From NCBI GenBank assembly GCA_902528875.1, contig CABZTX010000001.1:51865-115864 (forward strand): a stretch of DNA of 64,000 bases, given 5' to 3'. Position 1 is the stretch's first letter. Each line of letters starts with the position of its first letter. Shown one piece after another: positions 1-9,770 of this stretch. The DNA is from an uncultured SAR86 cluster bacterium. Its GTDB lineage: Bacteria; Pseudomonadota; Gammaproteobacteria; Magnimaribacterales; D2472. The notes under the pieces were generated by a model that had not been told where the DNA came from, made no database searches, and saw nothing but the letters and a program-made list of their open reading frames with translations. Made by a program: the position numbers and the translations under genes.

Positions 1-233
1 AACCAATTTTCTTTATCATAATCACCGTCCACACATTCAAAACCTACTTTTTCACAAAATCTTCTATTCTCATTTTTTCTAATCTCATATTCATCCATCG
101 GGTGGATATTAGGGTTATAAAAAAATACAGTCGTTTTAATTTTAGAAGCAACCAATGCTTCAATTATTTCACCTGAGCATGGAGCACAACAACTATGGAG
201 CAATAATTTATTTTCATTATTGGGTAATGTCAT
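1..233 (-). CDS. queH: Epoxyqueuosine reductase QueH (DUF208), N-terminal part; gene runs off the left edge of the window
   Basis: Manual minus-strand translation from ATG at 233: [88 protein letters not shown] and FFYNPNIHP are hallmark QueH N-terminal motifs. Absent from the ORF track because it is truncated. Confidence 0.7.
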   Translation of the reverse strand, partial: MTLPNNENKLLLHSCCAPCSGEIIEALVASKIKTTVFFYNPNIHPMDEYEIRKNENRRFCEKVGFECVDGDYDKENW

Positions 234-271
234 TAGAGGTCTAACATAGTTACTTAATTTATGTGCTTCTG

Positions 272-880
272 TCATCTTTTAAAATTTGAATTTAATTTAA
301 TGGCATTTTCTAAGTCATCATAGTTATGAAAAGACTGAATTTCAGGATATTTTGAGGAAATTTTATCTGGCGCATTTATAAAGAAACCTTTTTCTGCAAT
401 TTCAAACATTTGAATATCATTATGCGAATCACCAGCAGCAAAACATCTGTATCCCATTCCTTGAAATGCTTTTATTGCTTGCTGTTTGGCTTTAGTATGT
501 CTGAGCTTGTATGAAATAATTTCATCATTCTCTACTATAAGGTTATGACAGAGCAAAAATGGAAATCCAAGTTTTTTCATTAAAGGTTTTGCAACATCAT
601 GAAAGGTATCGGATAGAATTACAATTTGGAAATTCTCTCTTAATCCATTTATAAAATCTAAAGCTCCTGGAAGCAATTCAAGAGAATTTGCTGCTTTTTG
701 AACATGAGAAAGTTTTATCTTTTTATCTTTCATCACCTTTAATCTCATATCTAGAAGATCTTCATAAATAGGAATATCTCTAGTGGTCATTCCAAGCTCT
801 TCAACCCCAGTATCTTGAGCAACTCTTTCCCATATTTCAGGAGTAAGAGTACCTTCCATATCTAAACAAACTATTTCCAT
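272..880 (-). CDS. thrH: Phosphoserine phosphatase / homoserine phosphotransferase ThrH (HAD family)
   Basis: 202 aa. [32 protein letters not shown]; length and end-to-end pattern match Pseudomonas ThrH as I remember it. Confidence 0.75.
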   Translation of the reverse strand: MEIVCLDMEGTLTPEIWERVAQDTGVEELGMTTRDIPIYEDLLDMRLKVMKDKKIKLSHVQKAANSLELLPGALDFINGLRENFQIVILSDTFHDVAKPLMKKLGFPFLLCHNLIVENDEIISYKLRHTKAKQQAIKAFQGMGYRCFAAGDSHNDIQMFEIAEKGFFINAPDKISSKYPEIQSFHNYDDLENAIKLNSNFKR

Positions 881-882
881 GA

Positions 883-1785
883 TTAATTATTCTTTATCCC
901 GTATGGTACATGTCCTGAAGTAGTATTTTTAACAGCACTCATAATATGCTTTTTTTGATCATCAAAGAAGATGTCCGCATCAAAAGATTCTAAAAATTTA
1001 TTTTTAGATAAGCCGCCCAGAAAAAGAGACTCATCAATTCTTACTCCCCATTCTCTTAAAGTTTTAATAACCCTTCTATCTGATGGCGCTGACCTTGCAG
1101 TAACAAGAGCTGTTCTTATTGGACATTCGTTGATTTCAAAATCATTTTGAATATTATTTAGTTGAACTAAAAATGATTTAAACGGGCCTTCTTTGAGTGG
1201 TGTTGTGGAGGTGACCTCATTTTTAATAAATGCCTTTAAACCATCTTTCTGATAAATTTTTTCTGATTCATCTGAAAAGATTACTGCATCGCCATCAAAA
1301 GCTATTTTTAACTGATCAGAGCGTGATTTTTTATTCTTAGTTAATTTTCTTGAAAGAATTGTAGCAGCTGCTACATTGCTTTTAATTGCAAGTTTTACAT
1401 CATCAATACTGCTAGATAAAAAAAGATGTACTCCAAAATCTTTAACATACCTATGTGGACTTTCTCCTCCACAAAAAGCTGCTCTGCTAATGTTTAGCTT
1501 ATGATCTTCAATAGAGTTTCTTATTCTTAAACCAGTATCAGAGGTATTTCTTGATAATAAAATAACTTCAACTCTGTCATTACCGTTATATAGTTCGTTG
1601 ATTTTTAAAATTTTTTTAACCAGATAAAAGGCTTCACCAGGTTTTAATGTTTTATTTTCATTTTCTACTTGATAACTCTGATATGACTTGAGTCCCTCAT
1701 TTTTATATATTTCATGACTTTTATCTAAATCAAATAATGCTCTCGATGAGATTCCTATTATTAACTTAGATTTCCTGTTTACCAT
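883..1785 (-). CDS. 5'-nucleotidase family protein (PF06189-type)
   Basis: 300 aa with ISSRALFDL, VILLSRN, TGLR, IAFDGDAVIFSDESE, IRTALVTARSAP, LFLGG, ADIFFDDQ; these blocks match the bacterial 5'-nucleotidase family from memory. Confidence 0.6.
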   Translation of the reverse strand: MVNRKSKLIIGISSRALFDLDKSHEIYKNEGLKSYQSYQVENENKTLKPGEAFYLVKKILKINELYNGNDRVEVILLSRNTSDTGLRIRNSIEDHKLNISRAAFCGGESPHRYVKDFGVHLFLSSSIDDVKLAIKSNVAAATILSRKLTKNKKSRSDQLKIAFDGDAVIFSDESEKIYQKDGLKAFIKNEVTSTTPLKEGPFKSFLVQLNNIQNDFEINECPIRTALVTARSAPSDRRVIKTLREWGVRIDESLFLGGLSKNKFLESFDADIFFDDQKKHIMSAVKNTTSGHVPYGIKNN

Positions 1786-1814
1786 AGATCTTGAAAAAAA
1801 TATAAATTACATTA

Positions 1815-1834
1815 TACTGTATATATATTCAGTA
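1815..1834 (+). promoter_or_regulatory. SOS box (LexA operator) upstream of lexA
   Basis: TACTGTATATATATTCAGTA is a perfect TACTG-N10-CAGTA gammaproteobacterial LexA box, 12 nt upstream of the lexA ATG. Confidence 0.85.
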
Positions 1835-1845
1835 CAATTATTATT

Positions 1846-2463
1846 ATGAAAGAAATTACTTCACAACAACAACGAGTACTAGATTGTATTCAAATTTACA
1901 TAAATAAGACAGGTTTTCCGCCAACTCGAGCAAACATTTGTAAAGAGCTTGGTTTTAAATCACCAAATTCGGCAGAAACACATCTAAGAGCTCTTGAAAA
2001 GAAAGGCTTTGTAGCGATTGAAAGTGGAGCCTCAAGAGGTATATCTATCATTAATGATGAAAATTCTTATGAAAGTAAAGATAATTATCCGGTAATAGGT
2101 CTTGTTGCTGCTGGGTCCCCAACTCTTGCAGAAGAAAATATAGAAAGAACTATTGATTGTCCTAAATCATTTTTTGAGTCTAAATTTGATTATTTTCTAA
2201 AAGTTAAAGGTCTTAGCATGAAAGATGCTGGAATAATGGAGGATGATTTAATCGCAGTAAAAAAAACAACTGATGTGAGAAATGGTGATATTGTTATTGC
2301 AAGAATCGATGATGAAGTAACAGTAAAGTTTTTTAAAAGAAAATCAGCTAAATTAGTTGAACTCGAACCAGCAAATGAAGATTTCGAAACTATAAAAGTT
2401 AATTTAGAACGAGATGAGTTAAGTATTGAAGGAAAAAGTATTGGGCTCTTGAGAAGGAACTAA
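1846..2463 (+). CDS. lexA: LexA repressor (S24 autopeptidase)
   Basis: 205 aa. N-terminal winged-helix region (QQRVLDCIQIYINKTGFPPTRANICKELGFKSPNSAETHLRALEKKGF), cleavage-site VAAG, GLSMKDAG with catalytic Ser, and a downstream Lys region. Confidence 0.95.
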   Translation: MKEITSQQQRVLDCIQIYINKTGFPPTRANICKELGFKSPNSAETHLRALEKKGFVAIESGASRGISIINDENSYESKDNYPVIGLVAAGSPTLAEENIERTIDCPKSFFESKFDYFLKVKGLSMKDAGIMEDDLIAVKKTTDVRNGDIVIARIDDEVTVKFFKRKSAKLVELEPANEDFETIKVNLERDELSIEGKSIGLLRRN

Positions 2464-2717
2464 TGAACTATAGTTTGCTTTTTTGAGAATTTGTCTCTTT
2501 GTTTATCAAAAAACTCATCTAAATCACTAACATTACCGCTCACACTTTCTATACCTGCTCGAATCATCTCTTTTGCTACAGTTAATTCTTGACCTTGAAG
2601 AAAATCTTTTGATTCTTTTGAAAAGCTTATTTTAACAATAGGATTTTTATGATCATCTGATCTTCTTAATACAATACTTCCGTCGGCTAGTTGTGCTAAT
2701 TCTAAATAATTAGTCAT
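2460..2717 (-). CDS. Hypothetical small protein (about 85 aa), last gene of the topA operon
   Basis: ORF 2460..2753. I prefer the internal ATG at 2717 (MTNYLELAQL...) because GGAG lies 5 nt upstream. No motif recognised. Confidence 0.5.
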   Translation of the reverse strand: MTNYLELAQLADGSIVLRRSDDHKNPIVKISFSKESKDFLQGQELTVAKEMIRAGIESVSGNVSDLDEFFDKQRDKFSKKQTIVH

Positions 2718-2739
2718 TTTATCTCCATATAAATTTAGC

Positions 2740-3177
2740 TTAACACTCATCAAGCATTTTGCGAAGCAACTCTTGAGTGTCTTTGTACTTATCTAATATT
2801 AAATTATATTTTTTCAAGTTATTTGGTTCATCTGTAACTATTAAATTATCGTTATTAACGTTTATTAGTTTTTGTTTTGATTTTTCCATCATAACTAAGA
2901 GCCCATTGGGCTCGATTTCTTTTATAAAAATATTTTTTATTGTGTCGATTTTTGATAGTTGTAGCCATTTTTCTGAAAAACAAAATGTTTCAATATTTGG
3001 AATACCATTTATTAGAGTAGAATTTATCTCGTCAGTAAAATATGAAATACTTTTTTCAAGACATGTTATGAAAAGAAGTTGATTTTGGTTATCTCTGACA
3101 GATCCTTCAAAATTAATTTTATTAAGAATTTCTTTTGATAAATCTAGGTAAAGGTTTGATAGTTCTCTATATTCCAC
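2740..3177 (-). CDS. Hypothetical protein (145 aa), translationally coupled to topA
   Basis: GTG start overlaps the topA TAG stop by 1 nt (TAGTG). No recognisable motif. Confidence 0.55.
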   Translation of the reverse strand: MEYRELSNLYLDLSKEILNKINFEGSVRDNQNQLLFITCLEKSISYFTDEINSTLINGIPNIETFCFSEKWLQLSKIDTIKNIFIKEIEPNGLLVMMEKSKQKLINVNNDNLIVTDEPNNLKKYNLILDKYKDTQELLRKMLDEC

Positions 3178-5789
3178 TAATCTTTTTTATTTTGTTTCCA
3201 TTCACCATCAGAAAATACTGCCGTCCATTTAGTCTTCTTTCCGTCTTTTTCAGAAGCAACATAATGAATGTCATCAGTTCTGTTATATCTAATCACATAC
3301 TCATTACCATCTATATCTTTTTCAGGTGCACTGAGAAGATATGTATGTTTATCTTTATTTGGTAGAAAACGACATGCCTCATTGATTTCAAGATTAAGTT
3401 TGTTTATCTCATGAACCTTTGGTGCCCTTGTCTCTCTATTTTTTGGATATTGACTTGCAGCTAAAAATAAACCCTTCATGCTATCACGCAATAAATAATG
3501 ATCTTCACATTTAACACATTTTAAATTTTTTAGTTCAATAGGCTCCATTGTTATTGGTTTAGGTTCTCCATTTCTTTGTAAGGCTCTAGTGGCTCCACAA
3601 TTATCATTCAAACAACCGAAATATTTTCCAAACCTACCAGTTTTGAGCTGCATTTCAGAACCACATTTATGACATTCAAGAGTTGGACCGTCATAACCTT
3701 TTATTTTAAATAGGCCCTCTTCAATTAAATAGCCGTCACAATCTGGATTTTTTCCACAAACATGAAGCTTGCGATTTTCATCAATAAGGTAATTATCCAT
3801 GCTTGTCTCACACTTTGGGCATCTTTTCTTGATTAGAAGGTTTGTTGCCTCTTCAGTATCATCTACACTAATAGCTTCATCTCCAGATACCAAATTCAGT
3901 GTTTCTTTGCATTTATCATCTCCAACATTTTGGTAGCCAGAGCATCCTAAAAAAACTCCATTTGAAGAATTTCTTATCACCATATTTGTTTTACCACATG
4001 ATGGACAAGTAATGTCTGTAGATGTCGGTCGATTGCCTCTCATTCCATTTTCTTCTGAGGCAGAAACTAAATCTTTTTGGAAACTATTATAAAAATCATC
4101 CAAAACATTTCTCCAATTTAATTCACCTCTAGCAACACTATCTAAATTATTTTCAAGGTTAGCGGTAAATTCATAATCCATAATGTCATCAAAACTTTCA
4201 ATTAATCTTTCAGCAACAATATGACCAATTTTTTTTACAAAAAATCTTCTATTTTGAATTTCAACATACCCTCTATCTTGAATAGTAGATATTATGTTTG
4301 CATATGTGGATGGTCTACCTATTCCCTTCTTTTCTAGTTCTTTTACTAAGGCAGCTTCAGAGAATCTTGCTGGTGGTTTTGTAAATTTTTGATCGAGATT
4401 TACTTCATTTAATGTAAGTATTTCCCCCTCATCTAGTGGCGGTAAAATATCATCATCAGATTTAAAAGGTTGCGATATTCTTGTATATCCGTCGAAAACA
4501 ATTTCTCTTCCTTTTGCCGTAAATGTGTATTCACCCATATTAATTTTGGCAATGGTCGATAAATATTCAGCATCTGGCATTTGTGATGATATATATTGTT
4601 GCCATATTAGTTGGTAAAGCCTTTTCTCTTCTTCAGTATGATTCATAAGATCATCTGCCGTAAGGTAAGCATTTGTTGGTCTTACAGCTTCATGTGCTTC
4701 TTGAGCGTTCTCAGTGCTTGAATAAATTCTGGGAGCATTAGTTAGGTATTTTTCACCAACCCTCTCACCGATAAAATTTCTAGCATCCTGTATAGACTCT
4801 TTGCTTAAACTTGGAGCATCAGTCCTCATGTAAGTTATATGTCCAGCCTCATAAAGCTTCTGAGCAACTCTCATTGTTCTTTTAACTGTAAAGCTTAACT
4901 TTGTACTCGCAGCCTGCTGAAGTGTAGATGTAATAAAAGGTGCTCTGGGTTTTGTTTTAACAGGTTTTTTTATAATTTCATCTATAGATATTTCTGAATT
5001 TTTGATTAGCTCATGTATTTTCATAGCTTCTTCATTCTTTAATAATGGTTGAGACTTTTTTCTGTTAAGTAAAAAGGGAATGCTTAAATCATCTTTATTA
5101 AGAATCATTGAAACTTCCCAAAACTCTTCTGGAATAAATTCTTGGATTAACCTTTCTCTTTCATCTAAAAGTCTCAAAGCAACAGATTGGACTCTTCCCG
5201 CAGAAAGACCTCTAGCAACTTTCTTCCACAGCAAAGGTGAAAGCTCGAAACCAATAACTTTGTCAAGAAACCTTCTTGCTCTGTAAGCTTTTACTAGATC
5301 TAAATCTATCTCTTTTGGATCCATAAAAGAATCTATGATGGCTGACTTTGTAATTTGATTAAATCTAACTCTTGAATACTCATATTTTTCAGGTCCAAGT
5401 GCCTCTTTGAGATGCCATGCTATAGCTTCTCCCTCTCGATCAAGGTCAGTTGCAAGATATATATGATCAACTCCTTTTGCAGATTTTTTTAATGACTTTA
5501 TTACTTTTTCTTTCTCAGGAATTATTTGCCAATCAGCCTTCCATCCATTATCTGGATCAACACCCATTCTCCTAATTAGTCTATTTCTTTCATTAATAGT
5601 TTTGAGTTTAATTTTCTCTTCAGGTGATAACTCTTTCGGAATTGATGCTCTTTTAGCATTTGGCAAAGCTTTTTTTGGAAGATCTCTTATGTGCCCAACA
5701 CTTGATTCAACAATATATTCTGATCCAAGATATTTTGAAATAGTCTTAGCTTTTGCAGGTGATTCTACTATTACTAGAGATTTAGCCAT
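3177..5789 (-). CDS. topA: DNA topoisomerase I
   Basis: 870 aa. Toprim start (LVIVESPAKAKTISKYLG), DLDREGEAI, active-site region ITYMRTD, and several C-terminal Cys4 zinc-ribbon repeats (CPSCG, CPKCE, CHKCG, CVKCE). Confidence 0.97.
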   Translation of the reverse strand: MAKSLVIVESPAKAKTISKYLGSEYIVESSVGHIRDLPKKALPNAKRASIPKELSPEEKIKLKTINERNRLIRRMGVDPDNGWKADWQIIPEKEKVIKSLKKSAKGVDHIYLATDLDREGEAIAWHLKEALGPEKYEYSRVRFNQITKSAIIDSFMDPKEIDLDLVKAYRARRFLDKVIGFELSPLLWKKVARGLSAGRVQSVALRLLDERERLIQEFIPEEFWEVSMILNKDDLSIPFLLNRKKSQPLLKNEEAMKIHELIKNSEISIDEIIKKPVKTKPRAPFITSTLQQAASTKLSFTVKRTMRVAQKLYEAGHITYMRTDAPSLSKESIQDARNFIGERVGEKYLTNAPRIYSSTENAQEAHEAVRPTNAYLTADDLMNHTEEEKRLYQLIWQQYISSQMPDAEYLSTIAKINMGEYTFTAKGREIVFDGYTRISQPFKSDDDILPPLDEGEILTLNEVNLDQKFTKPPARFSEAALVKELEKKGIGRPSTYANIISTIQDRGYVEIQNRRFFVKKIGHIVAERLIESFDDIMDYEFTANLENNLDSVARGELNWRNVLDDFYNSFQKDLVSASEENGMRGNRPTSTDITCPSCGKTNMVIRNSSNGVFLGCSGYQNVGDDKCKETLNLVSGDEAISVDDTEEATNLLIKKRCPKCETSMDNYLIDENRKLHVCGKNPDCDGYLIEEGLFKIKGYDGPTLECHKCGSEMQLKTGRFGKYFGCLNDNCGATRALQRNGEPKPITMEPIELKNLKCVKCEDHYLLRDSMKGLFLAASQYPKNRETRAPKVHEINKLNLEINEACRFLPNKDKHTYLLSAPEKDIDGNEYVIRYNRTDDIHYVASEKDGKKTKWTAVFSDGEWKQNKKD

Positions 5790-5858
5790 TATTAATATTT
5801 TTATTCCTTTTTTATGAATATCATTAATTGGGTAGTATTTGCAAGATAAATTTTTAAA

Positions 5859-6299
5859 TTATTTTATTTGATTCAATTTATCAATAATTAATTTTAATTC
5901 GCTGATATCATCAATTTCATTCCAAATAAACTTAATATTCTTTTCTGTAAAAATTATTTCATTAATACTTTCTGAGACTTTTTCAATTTGCAAATTAATA
6001 TTTACAAATCTATCAGAGTACTTAAATTTGACAGGAGAATACAACAATAATTTGCCTTTGTCTCTAACATAGTGTGCTTCTTTAAGTTCTGATTTATTTT
6101 TAATCTGATAGTAGACTTCATCTTTCTTATAATTTTTAAAGTCATTTGATCCATAAAGTGCAGAGGTAATGTTTGCGCCAAGCTTTCTGGCTTCCATTCT
6201 CAATTTAGATATTTTTTGCGATTTCTTTGATGGTATTGCTAGTGAGACAGAACCAATTAAAAAAAGTAATGCCAAAAAAAAGACAAGATACTCAATCAT
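5859..6299 (-). CDS. Hypothetical membrane-anchored protein (146 aa)
   Basis: Single N-terminal TM helix (YLVFFLALLFLIGSVSLAI). Start is 2 nt after the pyrD stop. No known motif. Confidence 0.5.
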   Translation of the reverse strand: MIEYLVFFLALLFLIGSVSLAIPSKKSQKISKLRMEARKLGANITSALYGSNDFKNYKKDEVYYQIKNKSELKEAHYVRDKGKLLLYSPVKFKYSDRFVNINLQIEKVSESINEIIFTEKNIKFIWNEIDDISELKLIIDKLNQIK

Positions 6300-6300
6300 T

Positions 6301-7290
6301 TCAAATGCTCAAAATTTCTTGAATAATTTTTGGTCCTTTTATTACAAAACCAGTATATATTTGAACCAGTCCAGCTCCAGCATTAACTTTTTCATTAAAA
6401 TCTTGTTTTGAGATTACTCCTCCAACACCAATTATTGGAATACTTTTTGACAGAGAGCTTATATATGATATTTTTTCAGTGCTCCTTTTCATTAATGGTG
6501 CTCCTGAAACTCCACCTTCAATTGATTTAAAATTATCTTGCAATAAATTTGATTTATCGATGGATGTATTAGTTGCAATAATTCCAGCTATAGATGAGTT
6601 ATTAATTAACTTTAAAATATTTCTTACACTTTTGTTATTTTCATCAGGAGATATTTTGATAAAAATTGGTTTAGAAATATTTAAATCTTTTGATTTTGTG
6701 TCAATCTTTTCAATAAGTTCTTTTAAGTAGTCTTCTTTATGCAAATCCCTTAAATTTGGAGTATTTGGAGAAGAAATATTGATCGTTATATAGTCTGCAT
6801 GCTCATGAACTTTCTCCAAGCAAATTAAATAATCTTTAATTCTCTTTTCACCTACTGATTTTTTATTAGCTCCTATATTTACACCAACAACTCCATCATA
6901 TTTTCTTTTCTTTAAATTTTTAACAAGATAATCGACTCCTTTATTGTTAAACCCTAAGCTATTTATAATTGAGTTTTCTTTAAAATTTCTATGGACCCTG
7001 GGTTTATTATTACCTTGTTGAGAGACTGGGGTAACGGTTCCTACCTCCAAAAAACCAAAACCCAAGCTACCTAAGCAATCTATAAAATCACCATTTTTGT
7101 CCAACCCAGCTGCTGTACCAAGTCTGTTTTTAAATTTGATATTTGCAAATGTAATGATTTCATCTTTTGATATTTTTTTAAAAAAAATATTAAGTAAATT
7201 AATTTTATATAAAAAATTTAGAGAGTTTAATGAAATAGAATGTGCTGCTTCTGGTGGAAAAATCTTTATAACTTTAAGAAAAAAATTCAA
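6301..7290 (-). CDS. pyrD: Dihydroorotate dehydrogenase (quinone), class 2
   Basis: 329 aa. GTAAGLDKNG, GFLEVGTVTP, GFNNKG, INISSPNTPNLR, GGVSG, GVGGV. Confidence 0.93.
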   Translation of the reverse strand: MNFFLKVIKIFPPEAAHSISLNSLNFLYKINLLNIFFKKISKDEIITFANIKFKNRLGTAAGLDKNGDFIDCLGSLGFGFLEVGTVTPVSQQGNNKPRVHRNFKENSIINSLGFNNKGVDYLVKNLKKRKYDGVVGVNIGANKKSVGEKRIKDYLICLEKVHEHADYITINISSPNTPNLRDLHKEDYLKELIEKIDTKSKDLNISKPIFIKISPDENNKSVRNILKLINNSSIAGIIATNTSIDKSNLLQDNFKSIEGGVSGAPLMKRSTEKISYISSLSKSIPIIGVGGVISKQDFNEKVNAGAGLVQIYTGFVIKGPKIIQEILSI

Positions 7291-8150
7291 ATAATATCCT
7301 TGATTATTTCTTTGATCTTTTTGTTTATTGCTTTATCTTTCAATGCAAGCGCAATGGTAGCATGAACAAATCCTTCTTTACTACCACAATCAAATTTCTG
7401 ACCATCATATATACATCCAAATACTTCTTCATCTTCAATTTGAAGTTTTATTGCGTTAGTTAATTGAATTTCATTAGATGAATCACATTTTACTTTTTTT
7501 AAATACTTAAATATTGATGGTGTGAAAACGTATCTGCCTAGTATTGCGATATCTGACGGTGCATTTTTTGCTAATGGTTTTTCAACCATATCACTTATTT
7601 GAATTATTTTATTACTTACTATTCCTGGTTTAATCACACCATAATTATGAATATTGGCTTTATCTACTTTATTTAATCCTATCACCGTGCTGTTTGTTTT
7701 TTTATTGAGCGATATTATTTGATTTAAACATGTTTTTTTTGATATAAATAAATCATCCGGCAGCAAAACCACAAAAGATTCATTCTTTATATATTTTTCA
7801 GCTTGCAATACTGCATCACCTAGACCTTTTTGGGATTTCTGATTAACATATTTAAAGGTTACTTTTTCGAATATCTTGGGATTAAGCTTTTCTATAAAAT
7901 TATTCTTACCAGATTTGATGAGTCTAGATTCGATTTTTTTGTTCTTTTTAAAATGTTTTTCTATTGAATTTTTTTCATTGCTAGTTATGAATATAATTTC
8001 ATTAATGCCTTCTTTTATTGCCTCCTCCACAGCATATTGAACAAGGGGTTTATCTATGATGGGTAGCATTTCTTTCGGCGTTGCTTTTGAAGCTGGAAGA
8101 AATCTAGTTCCAAGTCCTGCAACAGGCAGTACTGCTTTTTTAATAATCAT
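7287..8150 (-). CDS. galU: UTP--glucose-1-phosphate uridylyltransferase
   Basis: 287 aa. KAVLPVAGLGTRFLPASKATPKEMLPIIDKP, GLGDAV, VEKP. Confidence 0.93.
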   Translation of the reverse strand: MIIKKAVLPVAGLGTRFLPASKATPKEMLPIIDKPLVQYAVEEAIKEGINEIIFITSNEKNSIEKHFKKNKKIESRLIKSGKNNFIEKLNPKIFEKVTFKYVNQKSQKGLGDAVLQAEKYIKNESFVVLLPDDLFISKKTCLNQIISLNKKTNSTVIGLNKVDKANIHNYGVIKPGIVSNKIIQISDMVEKPLAKNAPSDIAILGRYVFTPSIFKYLKKVKCDSSNEIQLTNAIKLQIEDEEVFGCIYDGQKFDCGSKEGFVHATIALALKDKAINKKIKEIIKDII

Positions 8151-8779
8151 TTACCTATTAAGCTTAAATTTATAAATTTACATATTATAGCAAAAGCAAT
8201 TCCTGAAACTAATCCACCTAGATGTGCAAAGTTTGCAACTGAACCAAATCCAAATAGATCTAAAAGCCCCAAAAAACCTAGAAGCATCCAGATAATCATA
8301 AAAAGGTATAAAGCAGGTGGAATATCATATCTTTGATAAGGTGAATCCATTTCATTTATCATGCAATATCCTATTAAGCCGTAAATGACCCCTGAAAGAC
8401 CTCCAAATAAAGTCGAACTTACCCAGTAAAACTGAAGAAAATTACTTGAAATTGAAGACAATAAAACAAGTGCTAAAAATAAAAATTTTCCATCAATTTT
8501 TTCAATTTGTTTACCAAGTATGTAAATCCACAAGGAATTAAAAGCAAGGTGAGCAATAGAAAAATGCAGAAACATTGGAGTTATTAATCGCCACCACTGA
8601 TTTTGATTAAAAAATGTTTCATTAAATGTTGATATTGAAACATACCCAAGATTTGAAAAATTTATTTTTGTATATGTGAATGGCTCAATAACTGAAATAA
8701 CTGAGCCAAAGTTAGAAATAACACTCAAAAGTGCTGCTAGAGTAATAATTGGAATATATATAGTACTAAATATTTTCAA
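8147..8779 (-). CDS. Rhomboid-family intramembrane serine protease
   Basis: 210 aa, polytopic. WRLITPMFLHFSIAHLAFN (HxxxN), GLSGVIYG (GxSG Ser), AHLGGLVSG (catalytic His). Confidence 0.85.
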   Translation of the reverse strand: MKIFSTIYIPIITLAALLSVISNFGSVISVIEPFTYTKINFSNLGYVSISTFNETFFNQNQWWRLITPMFLHFSIAHLAFNSLWIYILGKQIEKIDGKFLFLALVLLSSISSNFLQFYWVSSTLFGGLSGVIYGLIGYCMINEMDSPYQRYDIPPALYLFMIIWMLLGFLGLLDLFGFGSVANFAHLGGLVSGIAFAIICKFINLSLIGK

Positions 8780-8780
8780 T

Positions 8781-9644
8781 TTAATTATTTGAAATATTTA
8801 AACTCCAGCCAAGTTTCTCTCTACAAGCTTCAAAAAAATCATTACTTTTTGGATGAACTAATTTTAAAGTTTTTTCCATTTTTGAAATTGAAATATCTTC
8901 TTCGTATGATAGATTTATGTCAGCTTGCCCATCAACACAAATTTTTGCTTCATCTGATGGTCCCTCAAATAATTTGATGTCAACCTTTTCATCAGATGAA
9001 ATTACAAAGGGTCTTGAGGATAAGCTTTGAGGAAGCATTGGAAGAATTGTCCAAACGTCTAAACTTGGATGTATTATTGGTCCTCCTGCAGAGAGTGCGT
9101 ATGCTGTAGATCCAGTTGGAGTTGCCACAATAAGTCCATCAGATCTTTGTTCGTAAACAATTTTATCATTCACGCTTAATCTATATCTCATCAATTGGGC
9201 GTATGAGCCTGAATGAATTACAATTTCGTTCAATCCAAATAAATGATTTTTACCAAATCTTGCAGAAACAAGATTTCTTTCCTCTATTATGAATTCATTA
9301 TTAAAAATTTCATTTATTGCATGTTCAAAATTATCAACTGCAATATCAGTTAAAAAACCAACATTTCCCATATTGACTCCAAGAATAGGAACTTCATAAT
9401 CCAAATATTGTCTTGCTGAGTTTAGCAGGGTTCCATCTCCACCAAAAACAATTATGAGATCGACTTTGTTAACAAAAGATCGCTTGTCTAGTTTTATAAT
9501 TTTATCGTTCTCATAGTCCTGAGACTCTTCAATGAATAAATCCACCTTCTTCTCAGATAGAGACGTAATCATTGAATCAAAACTCTTAATATGAATATTT
9601 TGATTATTTTTCTTCTTTATGAAGATGCCAATATTTTTAAACAT
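8781..9644 (-). CDS. nadK: NAD(+) kinase
   Basis: 287 aa. GGDGTLL, NMGNVGFL, TPTGSTAYALSAGGPI. Confidence 0.93.
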   Translation of the reverse strand: MFKNIGIFIKKKNNQNIHIKSFDSMITSLSEKKVDLFIEESQDYENDKIIKLDKRSFVNKVDLIIVFGGDGTLLNSARQYLDYEVPILGVNMGNVGFLTDIAVDNFEHAINEIFNNEFIIEERNLVSARFGKNHLFGLNEIVIHSGSYAQLMRYRLSVNDKIVYEQRSDGLIVATPTGSTAYALSAGGPIIHPSLDVWTILPMLPQSLSSRPFVISSDEKVDIKLFEGPSDEAKICVDGQADINLSYEEDISISKMEKTLKLVHPKSNDFFEACREKLGWSLNISNN

Positions 9645-9770
9645 GTCAAAAATTATACTCTCTGTGTTGATTTTATATAAAAAACCTTCATATTTAATAC
9701 TTTAAAAAAACTCGAAAAATTAAAATAAGTGCATATAATATTCGAGAAAACATTAAAATCCATAAAAATT

